Shown here in pieces: positions 10,893-21,836 of a DNA stretch of 64,000 nucleotides. This DNA is from Anthoceros angustus. Taxonomy: Eukaryota > Plantae > Anthocerotophyta. Made by a program: the position numbers and the translations under genes. How positions within the stretch are numbered: the first letter of the stretch is position 1; each line of letters starts with the position of its first letter. The stretch is taken from NCBI GenBank assembly GCA_010909165.1, contig VJWM01000204.1, forward strand, positions 279,232 through 343,231, given 5' to 3'. Below the pieces are notes generated by a model. The model saw only the letters and a list, made by a program, of their open reading frames with translations. It had not been told where the DNA came from and ran no database searches.

Positions 10893-11574
10893 CTAGGAGG
10901 AATCCACAAACTGGGCGAAGATGGAGTGCAATTGCTCCACCTCCTTTCCGCTGATGAAGAAGGACTTGGCCAGCAGCTCTGTTTTGATTCCTGACCCGAA
11001 CAGCGCGAGTGGCATGAGCTGGATGCCCGGGTTCTGGCCGTTGAGCACATTGAGGCTGGCGGCGTGCGTCTTGCCCACATTGAGCTGGAAGTGGAGCAAG
11101 CCTCTGGGGAAGATGAAGGCCTCGCCCCTCTTCACCACCTTGGCGTACAGCTTGTTGCTGTTGGTGACGAAGCCGGTGTAGATCTCCCTTCGAGGCAGAA
11201 AAGAATCTCGGTGGCCAGGTTGTGGGTGTGGGGCATAATGACACCACCCGGCGCCAGGTCCAGGCGCGCCAGCGACAGGCCCAGCGTGTTGAGAGCAGGC
11301 CAGTCGCCCACGAAGCCGAAAGTGGCGGTGCCGTTCAATGGGTTGCCCGTGAGGTCGGCCTGCTTGCCCAGGTTAGCGAAGGCGAAATCTTCTGCTGTCA
11401 CGTTGTCGGCCGGCCTGCAGGGGTAGCCGTTGATGGTCGCTCCCTTGGACAAATCGGCCACGCAGAAGTCCTGCAGGGGTCAGGGTCGCTGGCACTGACT
11501 GCAATGGCAAGCACCAGCCCTGCGATCGCAGCCACAGCACCCACAAACTGGATTGTCTTGGGTAAAGCGGCCAT
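10893..11574 (-). CDS. GLP: Germin-like protein GLP3 (B-type promoter); small indels
   Basis: [51 protein letters not shown] (TAG). Confidence 0.9.
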
Positions 11575-12884
11575 CGTGAAGGTGGACTGCAGCAGTGCAG
11601 AGACCTTGAGTTGCAAGTTGCTCCGATTCTTGAGAAGGATATTGGGACAAGCGCAATTCGCAAGCTGGGATACCTGAATCAACGGCAGGAGGAGACGGAC
11701 GAAAACAGACGAGGAGGGCGTTGCCCTTTATGGACTTGCTACCGCAGAGCAAAGCTTGAGGTGCAAGCGATGTACGAGGAGAAAAATTCCTCGTAACGCG
11801 GTGAGCAGGTCTGAGGTGATGCCGTACGACACTGGAGATGTCTAGACTGCAGCTGCCCAGCAAGCGTAAACGTGGAGCATACACGGGAAGTAAAGCCCTG
11901 CTCACTTGGAACCGGGAATCATCAAGGATACTATTGCAGATGCGGGCCGGCTGCAAAAACCGAGGGCCCTGCAGATTCTGAGAGCCCAGAGGAAGACGGT
12001 CGTTGGAAGTTGAAGAAGAAAATGCCTAGAAGCTGTGTGCTAAACTTCCTGCCTGCTGGAGCTGCTTATCTCGAGACTCGACTCGAAACAACAGTTTATT
12101 CCAGCGTGAAACTTTAAATCTAAGTTAAATCTAGAATTTCATACTTTCTCATGCTAACTGATTCCATAATGTCTTGCTTGGGACCATGAATCCTGCTCTT
12201 CATGTCCACATGCTCCGTTGTTTTGATTTTTTTTTTTTAATTTGGTATTTTGAAAATAAATCAAAACAACCCCGGGAGAAATCTTCAAGGGTTCGATTCC
12301 CCTATGTTACACATCAGATCATCCCAACAGAAGAGACTTTACTCTTCCCGAGGTCATTTGAGTCGTGCCTAGATACCATCGCAGGTTATGTGGGACTTGG
12401 GAAGAACTCCTCACCCACTAAAACTCCCACCTTTACCTTTGCCCGAGAATAAGGGCTGCCATACATTCTGCATCGGCTCCAATATGGTAATTCCCTTCGC
12501 CTTGTATGGCGCTGAAATTTGGGGCTGGATCTTCCTTCTTCTTGGGCGAAGGTGGAAAGGGTTCAATCTTCCTTTCCCGCTCACATTGCTTGTAAGCGCC
12601 GACTCCATTACCCATCCTCCTCGAATTCCAGTCACATGTGTGAAACGCATTCCAGTCGTCCAACATTACTTGAAAGGTGAAACACGCATCAGCCCAGATC
12701 GATGTGGTACCCAGTCTATTCACAAGTTTCTGAAGCCAGAAACTGCCAGTACATAGCTATGTAAATTCATCGTCGACGACATGGACATAATGTATGAGTA
12801 CTCCAGGACGATGGACTAGCAGTACTGGCAGGCCCTAAGCCTGCAGGGACTACTGGACAGTTTTAGAAACGATGTGCGGTAAAG

Positions 12885-13550
12885 CTAGGAGGAATCCACA
12901 AACTGGGCGAAGATGGAGTGCAATTGCTCCACCTCCTTTCCGCTGATGAAGAAGGACTTGGCCAGCAGCTCTGTTTTGATTCCTGACCCGAACAGCGCGA
13001 GTGGCATGAGCTGGATGCCCGGGTTCTGGCCGTTGAGCACATTGAGGCTGGCGGCGTGCGTCTTGCCCACATTGAGCTGGAAGTGGAGCAAGCCTCTGGG
13101 GAAGATGAAGGCCTCGCCCCTCTTCACCACCTTGGCGTACAGCTTGTTGCGACCGGTGTAGATCTCCCTTCGAGGCAGAAAAGAATCTCGGTGGCCAGGT
13201 TGTGGGTGTGGGGCATAATGACACCCGGCGCCAGGTCCAGGCGCGCCAGCGACAGGCCCAGCGTGTTGAGAGCAGGCCAGTCGCCCACGAAGCCGAAAGT
13301 GGCGGTGCCGTTCAATGGGTTGCCCGTGAGGTCGGCCTGCTTGCCCAGGTTAGCGAAGGCGAAATCTTCTGCTGTCACGTTGTCGGCCGGCCTGCAGGGG
13401 TAGCCGTTGATGGTCGCTCCCTTGGACAAATCGGCCACGCAGAAGTCCTGCAGGGGTCGGGTCGCTGGCACTGACTGCAATGGCAAGCACCAGCCCTGCG
13501 ATCGCAGCCACAGCACCCACAAACTGGATTGTCTTGGGTAAAGCGGCCAT
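12885..13550 (-). CDS. GLP: Germin-like protein GLP4 (tandem duplicate of GLP3); indels including a ~12-nt gap
   Basis: Near-identical to GLP3. About 12 nt are missing near 13150 (GFVTNSNK region). Confidence 0.8.
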
Positions 13551-14872
13551 CGTGAAGGTGGACTGCAGCAGTGCAGAGACCTTGAGTTGCAAGTTGCTCC
13601 GATTCTTGAGAAGGATATTGGGACAAGCGCAATTCGCAAGCTGGGATACCTGAATCAACGGCAGGAGGAGACGGACGAAAACAGACGAGGAGGGCGTTGC
13701 CCTTTATGGACTTGCTACCGCAGAGCAAAGCTTGAGGTGCAAGCGATGTACGAGGAGAAAAATTCCTCGTAACGCGGTGAGCAGGTCTGAGGTGATGCCG
13801 TACGACACTGGAGATGTCTAGACTGCAGCTGCCCAGCAAGCGTAAACGTGGAGCATACACGGGAAGTAAAGCCCTGCTCACTTGGAACCGGGAATCATCA
13901 AGGATACTATTGCAGATGCGGGCTGGCTGCAAAACCGAGGGCCCTGCAGATTCTGAGAGCCCAGAGGAAGACGGTCGTTGGAAGTTGAAGAAGAAAATGC
14001 CTAGAAGCTGTGTGCTAAACTTCCTGCCTGCTGGAGCTGCTTATCTCGAGACTCGACTCCCGAAACAACAGTTTATTCCAGCGTGAAACTTTAAATCTAA
14101 GTTAAATCTAGAATTTCATACTTTCTCATGCTAACTGATTCCATAATGTCTTGCTTGGGACCATGAATCCTGCTCTTCATGTCCACATGCTCTCCGCGTT
14201 GTTTTGATTTTTTTTTTTTTAATTTGGTATTTTGAAAATAAATCAAAACAACCCCGGGGGAGAAATCTTCAAGGGTTCGATTCCCCTATGTTACACATCA
14301 GATCATCCCAACAGAAGAGACTTTACTCTTCCCGAGGTCATTTGAGTCGTGCCTAGATACCATCGCAGGTTATGTGGGACTTGGGAAGAACTCCCTCACC
14401 CACTAAAACTCCCCACCTTTACCTTTGCCCGAGAATAAGGGCTGCCATACATTGCTGCATCGGCTCCAATATGGTAATTCCCTTCGCCTTGTATGGCGCT
14501 GAAATTTGGGGCCTGGATCTTTCCCCTTCTTCTTGGGCGAAGGTGGAAAGGGTTCAATCTTCCTTTCCCCGCGCTCACATTGCTTGTAAGCGCTCGACTC
14601 CATTACCCATCCTCCTTTCTGAATTTGCAGCCTTTCCCCTCGAACTTGATGGCCTTTTTCGTCTCTCATCCTTTCTTTACCGCCTCCACCTCCTTGATAT
14701 TGCTAATCCCATTTTAGATCCCCTTTACCTCCTCCTTGCCTTTAGGTCCTCCCGCTTCCGCTCAATCACCCACAAGCTTCTTTTTGCTGGCTTTCTCAAG
14801 CTGCCAACTGGCTTAGAAGATTCGAGTTTGAACCTTTTCGACTCCCTGCTTGGCCCTCTCCCTCCTCCCAAC

Positions 14873-15054
14873 TGTTAGTAAATAGGGTTTTTACCCCGCC
14901 CTTGGGTTAAATAATTTAGGGTAATATACCTTTTCGTAACTTAGGGTTACACAGATAATTTTGTATATAAACACACATTGCCTTTGATTTAATTCATTCA
15001 TCATTTGTGCACTTGTATGTTCTGAGTAGAATAGCTTCCGCTTATTTATTTACA
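14873..15054 (+). repeat. 5' LTR (182 bp)
   Basis: TGTTAGTAAATAGGG...TTATTTACA. It differs from the 3' LTR at one visible position (ACACACATT vs ACACAAATT). Confidence 0.97.
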
Positions 15055-15066
15055 TGGTATCAGAGC
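15055..15066 (+). promoter_or_regulatory. Primer-binding site complementary to initiator tRNA-Met
   Basis: TGGTATCAGAGC immediately after the 5' LTR. Confidence 0.95.
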
Positions 15067-15268
15067 TAAATACAATCTAATGCTGCAATGCTGAGCCTCT
15101 AGATCGCATTATGCACATAAGATAGCACACTTTGTTTTAGAATAGGCTACGTTGTGTGCATGATGGATTGTAGGCCCTGCATGCGTGTCACTAGGTTATT
15201 TGATTCTGGAGAATGCCTGAGCTTCTAACAAATGATGCTATTAAAAGACGTTAGGAAATCTTGTCGAT

Positions 15269-15880
15269 ATGACTCGTAGGAATTTCAACCGTCTCCACTG
15301 GGCTGTTGAGCATTTCTGCAACCACAGAGCTAGGCATCAATCACCTAGCAGAATTTCAGATAGCTATCCTGAAGAGACGTCTAACCCATTCTCTACCAGG
15401 TTACAAAGGCTAGCTGAGTTGATCTTTGAGTCACAGTGTGATTCTCCTCTTAACAGAAGTCGTCGTCGGGCTGAGGAGAGAAGGACCACGGCTGCACATT
15501 GACAAGAGGCCCAAGTGTTAGAAGGAGATCGTGAAGCTAGGCTATCTCTTTCCAGCCTACGTGCAGAATTTGCAGCCAGATTCGCAATCCAAGAGGCAGC
15601 GATTTCAGAATTGCAATCCAGCATCACGACAGTTGGAGCCTTGGCTTCAGCGATCTTGCATTCTGTCCAACGTGCTGACAATCACGTGATTGGAGCACAC
15701 GATTGCTTGGTAGATGTTGGAGGGGCAGTCATCCGTCTTGCTGCTCATCAAGGGTTGACATTGGATACCTGGCCTGCTACTTTCAGAGGATTGGATTCTC
15801 GAGTCCGCATCACCGGATGTTCGGTGAGCTTGAGATTATTCGTACCGCCGCGCGCAAGGGAGGCATCTGAGGCGGCTTGA
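15269..15880 (+). other. Upstream ORF in copia leader (77 aa + TGA + ~125 aa, same frame), unknown function
   Basis: ORFs 15269-15502 and 15515-15880 are in one frame, separated by a single TGA. The second part has a heptad-like stretch LSSLRAEFAARFAIQEAAISELQSSI. Confidence 0.4.
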
Positions 15881-16135
15881 TTTTCACGGGATTCAGACCT
15901 GGTGGGCGCTCCATCGCAGGTGCATCGCGTCAGGCAGCACCTGGCAACGGAGGTCTGCAGGCTGATCCCAATCGTCATGACCACCAGACTTGACGGTTGG
16001 TACACCTAGACACCTGTCACCAAATGTTGCATGTGAGGAGGCATCTTGCCCTAACTATAGCGTTTCATATCATTTAATTTAGAGAACGGGTGTCACCCTA
16101 ATGAAACGTTACTTGAGCATTTTCCTTACCTCTTC

Positions 16136-19100
16136 ATGCCTTTTTGGGATGATTCTGATAGCGATGTTGATGAGTCTTCAGATGTAGAGGAGGACTTCTT
16201 GCAGTCCCTTGCATCCCACTTTCCATCCTTTGTTTTGCCTGCATTTCTACAGAATCAACCCCCACCAGTCCTACAGTCAGTAGCTTCGTTAACCATGGGA
16301 ACTATTGTAGCTGGGTCTACTTACTCTGGTGAATTCAAAGAAAAGGATAGATTTGACGGGAAGCCTGCTAGATTCGAGAGCTGGAAGGCTCGAATGAAAG
16401 CAAACTTAAACGCCCGCGACGTTTGGGAGTTTGTAGATGGCACAATCCCCAATCCCTTTACTGTCCCGTCCATTGCACTTCAACAACCCACAGCTGATGA
16501 CAAAGCCAAGTGGACAAAAGGAAACAAGGTGGCATTTGCTATCATCCTTAGTGGTCTAGACGAGGCAACTGTTACAGAAGTGGATTTTCTAGAGACAGCA
16601 GCAGCTGTCTGGAACCAGTTAGTGGATACTTACCAAGTTAAGAATGTTTGTACCTTGATTCATGTTCGAGAACAATTTCATAGTCTAAGGATGAAGGAAG
16701 GGGATCCTGTTGGGGCCTATGTCACAAAGTTGAGGTACCTCCGGGCACAGCTGTCCGTGATGGGAGCCAAGACGACTGATGTGGAAATGGTTGCTCAACT
16801 GCTGACCGGCTTGCCTCCCTCCTACCAGACTTTTATCTCCGGCCAAAATGCTTCTTTGCGGGCTGCCTATCAAGCAGCAGCAAGTGGACAGCCTACTAAC
16901 TTGGACTTGAATGAGGTCATAGGCGCGCTTCTGCAAGAGGAGCAAAGCCGACATAAATTTGGTGGCAATCGAATGCGTGGTGAAAAGGTTCTCTTTGCTG
17001 CAAAAGGCAAAGGACCTTGGAAGGGGAAAGGAAAGAAGGGGAACTCACCTCAGAATCAGCAATCCTCGACATCTGCCACTGCCACACCAAAAAGACAGGG
17101 TAATTGTAACTGGTGCCAAGTCCCAGGTCACTGGGAACGTGACTGTCGCAAAAAGAAAGCTGGTGAAGCCAAGAAGGATAGCAAACCTGAGGCACATGTC
17201 ACTTCTAATGAGAAGACAACCCAGCAAAAACACAAGAGCAGCAGTTCTGTGCTAACAGTTTGCTTGACTTCTTACAGGGAAAATCCATCTTCTTGGTTTG
17301 TTGATTCAGGTGCCACAGCGCACGTTTGCAACAACCGTCAGCTCTTCTCCACCTTTCATAAACTGAGGTCACCCCAATCTGTCTTTGTTGGTGACTCTAG
17401 AGGGGTAGAAGTCAAGGGCTGTGGAAGGGTAGTGATACCTTTGCTTGGCGGGGCGTCCTTGCATTTAGAAGATGTGCTATTTGTACCTGACATGAGCAAG
17501 AACCTGTTGAGTATTAGGGCTGTTGCACAAAGTCAAAGGTATGGTTTCCGTTTTGAGGACAGCAAGTGCTACATTTATGAGCTAGATCGTCCTCATGACT
17601 ATGTTGCCAAGGCCATACTTGTGAATGACCTGTATCAGCTTGTTACAGTCTCTAAGTCGAAGGCCAGGGCTCTAGTAGTTGCGTCTCATGCACTAGCTAT
17701 TGTTTGGCACGCTAGATTAGGACATGTTAACAAGTTTAAGCTGAATGTCATGGCTAATTCAGATTTGTATAGGGAAAAATTACCTTCATGTTCCAAGCTT
17801 CTAGAGGCCTGCAGCTCTTGCATTCTGTCCAAGCAGAAAGAGTTGCCCTTCAAAAATAGAGCACCAAATCGTGCTAAGGCCTTACTTGAACTCATCCATG
17901 CTGATATCGCTGGGAAGATCCAAGTCAAGTCGTTAGGTGGAGCAGAATACTACCTGACTTTGACAGATGATTTCTCAAGGTATACGTGGACTTTCCCTCT
18001 CAAATACAAGAGTGATGCATATGAGCAGATTGCTGCCTGGATCCCTATGGTTCAACGTCAGACGGGTCACCTGGTCAAGTGCTTCAGGACTGATAACGGC
18101 GGAGAGTTCACTGGTAACAATTTTAATGAGATGTTCAAACAGTATGGAATAATCCGCCAACTTTCAGTCCCCTACACGCAGCAGCAAAACGGGGTGGCTG
18201 AACGTAAGAACCAGACCATCATGGGTATGACCAGGAGCATGCTGTCCTATTCAGGTTTACCAAAAACATATTGGGCAGAGGCTGCTGTCACTGCAACTTA
18301 TTTGTTGAATCGAGTGGTGACGACAACTCTGCCAGGGAAAACTCCTTATGAGGCCTTTTGGGGACGAAAGCCTAGTCTTCTGCACTTGAAGGTGTTTGGA
18401 TCTCTTGCTTTTGCGTTCATACCTGAAGCAAAGAGGAAGAAGTTAGATAATCGCTCTAGACAGCTGGTGTTTGTTGGATACTCAGAAGAGTCTAAGGCGT
18501 ACAAGCTTTATGATCCAGTTACCTCCAAGATAACATTATCACGTACTGCTGTATTCAAGGAGCTCACCTTCCCACATTCAGAAAAGGATATGACGGGCAA
18601 TGCTGACAGTTCTTCCAGTGACAGCAGTTTGGTTGACCCCAGTTCTCTAGAGGTACCTGTTTCATATCCTCAGTCAGATGGTGAGGCACCGGATGCTGGT
18701 GATTCTGTAGCTGTGGATGAGATTCTTAATCCTCCAGACCCCCAGCATCCCAATCTGCAGGCAACAGCACATGATCATTTTGCTGCTGATGCAGCACCTC
18801 TAGGACATGATGATCATAATTCAGACCATGATGCTGAAAGGGCTTACCCTGGATCAGATGTGGACAGTCACATCTTTGAGGATGCTGCAAGCATGGACAG
18901 TGACAGTGCTCATGAGTCTGCTGGTTCCGCTGATTTGCATCCAGAATCAGCTCATCCTGACGAAGAGGGAGCACCTCCTGCCCCTGCAGTGGGGGATACA
19001 TCCCCTAGATATCCTGTTCGTGAAAGACGAGCACGGGCAGATTGGCAGGAACCTCCCTATCAGTCAATTGATTTTCGCAGATCCTCCGCACATGTTGCCG

Positions 19101-20713
19101 ACGTTCATGTTCCAGATGTTCGGCCTGATCCTCAGAGCTATAAGGAAGCACTTGAGGGACCTGATGGCAAGCATTGGCGAATTTCTATTAATGACGAGTA
19201 CAACTCCCTTGTAAAGAACAACACTTGGGAGTTGATAGACCTGCCACCTGGTAGGAAACCCATCACGTGTAAGTGGGTTTTCAAGACGAAATTAAAGGGA
19301 GATGGCACCATAGCAAGATACAAATCACGCTTAGTAGCCCGAGGTTTTTCACAGATACCTGGCATTGATTATGGAGACACGTTTTCGCCTATCGTGAAGC
19401 CGCCTTCTGTTAGGATTTTACTTGCTATGGCTGCCCAATTTGATCTCGAATTGCATCAGATGGATGTGTGTACGGCCTTTCTTCACGGTGAGCTTGAAGA
19501 AGTTTTGTACATGGTCCAGCCTGAAGGGTTCGTCGACAAGCAGTTTCCTGACAAGGTCTGTAAATTGTTAAAGACGATTTATGGGCTCAAGCAGAGCCCT
19601 CGTGCATGGTATAAAAGGATCATGAAATTTCTCAAGAAGCACGGCTTTGTACAGTCCCCAGCAGATTCCAATGTTTTTTACCTTGCTTCTGATGGCTTCT
19701 TCGTCATTCTGGCACTTTATGTTGATGATGCGATCTTGTTGAGTAATCACCCTGATCAGATGGACAAAGTCAAAGTTCTCCTCCGATCGGAGTTTGAGAT
19801 GACAGATCAGGGTCCCCTTGCCTTCTGTCTCGGCATCTAGATTCTACGAGACAGGGCACAAGGCACCATGATTCTGCATCAGACAAAGTACATCAAAGAG
19901 ATTTTGAAGCGATTCCATCTTGACTCTGCGAAGTCCGTGTCTACACCAACTGCAGTGGGGGAAAAGCTGACCTGTGAGCAGTCTCCGCAAGATGCTGTTG
20001 ATGAGGAGTCAATGGCTGGAGTTCCGTATGCTGAGGCTGTAGGGTGCTTAATTTTTCTTGCCAATTGGACACGTCCTGACATTAGCTACTCTGTCAGCAT
20101 TGTGTCACAATTCTTGAAGGCACCTGGACGAGTACACTGGGGTGCTGTTAAGCGTATCTATCGTTATCTACGAGGCACTCTGCAGTATGGTTTACATTAC
20201 ACCAGGACCAGTGAGAGGGAGCTTACCTTATCTGCTTTTTCTGATGCCGACTGGGCATCTGATGCAAACACAAGGAAGAGTCTCTCTGCACATGTCTTTC
20301 TACTTGCTCAAGGTGCTGTAAACTGGTCTTGTAAGAAACAGACCTCGCTGGCCTTGTCTTCTACTGAAGCTGAGTATAAGGCCTTGACGGATGTGTGCAA
20401 GGAGTTAGAATGGGAGCGGCAATTTTTGGGTGCTGTGCACTTACCTCAGAAAGGGCCAACCCTGTTGTTATGTGATAACTTGTCTGCTATCGCCTTGGTG
20501 TCCAATCCTCGCTTTCATGCGAGAACCAAACACATCGAGCTTTACCATCATTATATTCGCGATGTGGCTGAAAGAGGCATAGTCAAAGTGAAATACGTCA
20601 GCACTGATGACAATACTGCTGACATTCTTACAAAGGGCTTGAGCAAGCCAAAGCACTACAAGCACCTTTCAGCCTTGGGGCTGAGGGTGTTTACTATGCC
20701 TACTGCAGCCTAA
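16136..20713 (+). CDS. Copia Gag-Pol polyprotein with one in-frame TAG at 19838-19840
   Basis: CCHC knuckle CNWCQVPGHWERDC, protease WFVDSGAT, HHCC WHARLGH..CSSC, integrase HAD/TDNGGEF/GVAERKN, RT QMDVCTAFLHG/YGLKQSPRAW/LYVDD, RNase H DADWA/STEAEY/CDNLSAI/ADILTK. ORFs 16136-19840 and 19868-20713 are in the same frame. Confidence 0.96.
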
Positions 20714-20961
20714 GAAATACTTCACCAACCTATAGCAGCAGAATTGCCAGCTGACACGAACATGACATGTCCTCGCAGGGACTGCTTTACAGTCTACTTT
20801 GCTGGGTCCTCTGTGGACAGGGCATGTCCCCATGCTGTCTCTGTGCTGCATACAGGTTGAAGGAAGAACATGGCATGTTCAGTGGATGAAGCGTTCCTGC
20901 TACACCTAATCGTGAATATGACCAAAACACTGGAAAATTTTCTATGCGCAAGCTTACCAGG

Positions 20962-21528
20962 CTAGGACGGTGGTCTGTAGATGTAGCCCAGGAGCTCTAA
21001 CTCTCTGATCACAGCTCTGCATTCAGCAGGAGTCAGGGGGTGCGCTAGGATGTCCTTGGGCTGCGACTGCTGCAACAGCGTTTCAAGTTCCATTGTCCTT
21101 TCTCTCGTAGAGTTCAGAACAGTCTTCAATTCGTCACACTTCTCCAGCGTTTTATGGAGATGCCACAAGAGGTTGCGCTTAGTCTGACTAGGCCACCAGG
21201 AGCTAGGGCATGCAGGTTGAGCTGCGGCAGCGGGAGTACTCTGCTGGGCTGCTTCCCGTTGAGAGGGAGCCTTGGTCTTCTTCTTGCTGTCGTGGTGCTC
21301 CAGCTTGGCTCTGGATTGGTGAGTCGCTAGGTCGCTGTCCTCCTCGTCTGTGCTGTACCGAGAAGCCTCCTTTAGCTCAGGTGGAGATCGTGATCTCTTC
21401 CTCCTGGGGAATCCACAGTTCTTGAGGCGAGCCATCGTGCTCTCTACCACTATCACCACGAAGATGGTTAGGGCGATGATCGCCTTCAGCTCCATAAGTA
21501 GGCACCACGTCGCAGGCGTGGCTTCCAT
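20962..21528 (-). CDS. Antisense 188-aa ORF between pol and 3' LTR (N-terminal hydrophobic segment, basic patch, coiled-coil-like C-terminus)
   Basis: True ATG at 21528 and an uninterrupted frame. Contains IIALTIFVVIVV, RRKRSRS and LHKTLEKCDELKTVLNSTRERTMELETLLQQ. Confidence 0.55.
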   Translation of the reverse strand: MEATPATWCLLMELKAIIALTIFVVIVVESTMARLKNCGFPRRKRSRSPPELKEASRYSTDEEDSDLATHQSRAKLEHHDSKKKTKAPSQREAAQQSTPAAAAQPACPSSWWPSQTKRNLLWHLHKTLEKCDELKTVLNSTRERTMELETLLQQSQPKDILAHPLTPAECRAVIRELELLGYIYRPPS

Positions 21529-21645
21529 GATGCATACAGAGGTATACGAAGAGACTGCCGCGAGGAGCTTGCTTTGCGCCTGAATGTTGTGTTCGCACAG
21601 CCCGTTTTTATTAGATGCTCTGCTGTTTAACCCTACGGACGGGTT

Positions 21646-21654
21646 AAGAGGGAG
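21646..21654 (+). promoter_or_regulatory. Polypurine tract
   Basis: AAGAGGGAG directly before the 3' LTR. Confidence 0.85.
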
Positions 21655-21836
21655 TGTTAGTAAATAGGGTTTTTACCCCGCCCTTGGGTTAAATAATTTA
21701 GGGTAATATACCTTTTCGTAACTTAGGGTTACACAGATAATTTTGTATATAAACACAAATTGCCTTTGATTTAATTCATTCATCATTTGTGCACTTGTAT
21801 GTTCTGAGTAGAATAGCTTCCGCTTATTTATTTACA
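21655..21836 (+). repeat. 3' LTR (182 bp)
   Basis: Matches the 5' LTR and is followed by TSD CCAAC. Confidence 0.97.

Larger units (their letters stand above)
2229..11565 (+). repeat. Left arm of large inverted duplication (PPR pseudogene, GLP1, GLP2, CYP704 fragment, GLP3 body)
   Basis: Colinear reverse-complement match to ~28050-37830. The outer boundary is at TTTA(C/T)GTGGTGTTCC; the inner boundary is in the first codons of GLP3/GLP5. Confidence 0.9.
10620..14610. repeat. Tandem duplication of a ~1992-bp unit (GLP 3' flank + GLP + B-type leader + first ~400 bp of insertion)
   Basis: The GLP3 and GLP4 stops are 1992 bp apart. The junction at ~12615 (CCCATCC-TCCT-CGAATTCC) joins insertion sequence to GLP 3' flank. 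Confidence 0.88.
14873..21836 (+). mobile_element. Full-length Ty1/copia LTR retrotransposon, very recent
   Basis: TG..CA LTRs at 14873-15054 and 21655-21836, 5-bp TSD CCAAC (14868-14872, 21837-21841), PBS, PPT, and gag-PR-INT-RT-RH order. Confidence 0.98.

Noticed and set aside
14883-14948. Interstitial telomere array
   Set aside because: Only isolated, non-tandem TTTAGGG-like motifs within the LTR.
19838-19840. Programmed stop-codon readthrough in the copia
   Set aside because: The stop lies inside RT rather than at a gag/pol or pol/env boundary and is one base from the expected Gln/Glu codon.
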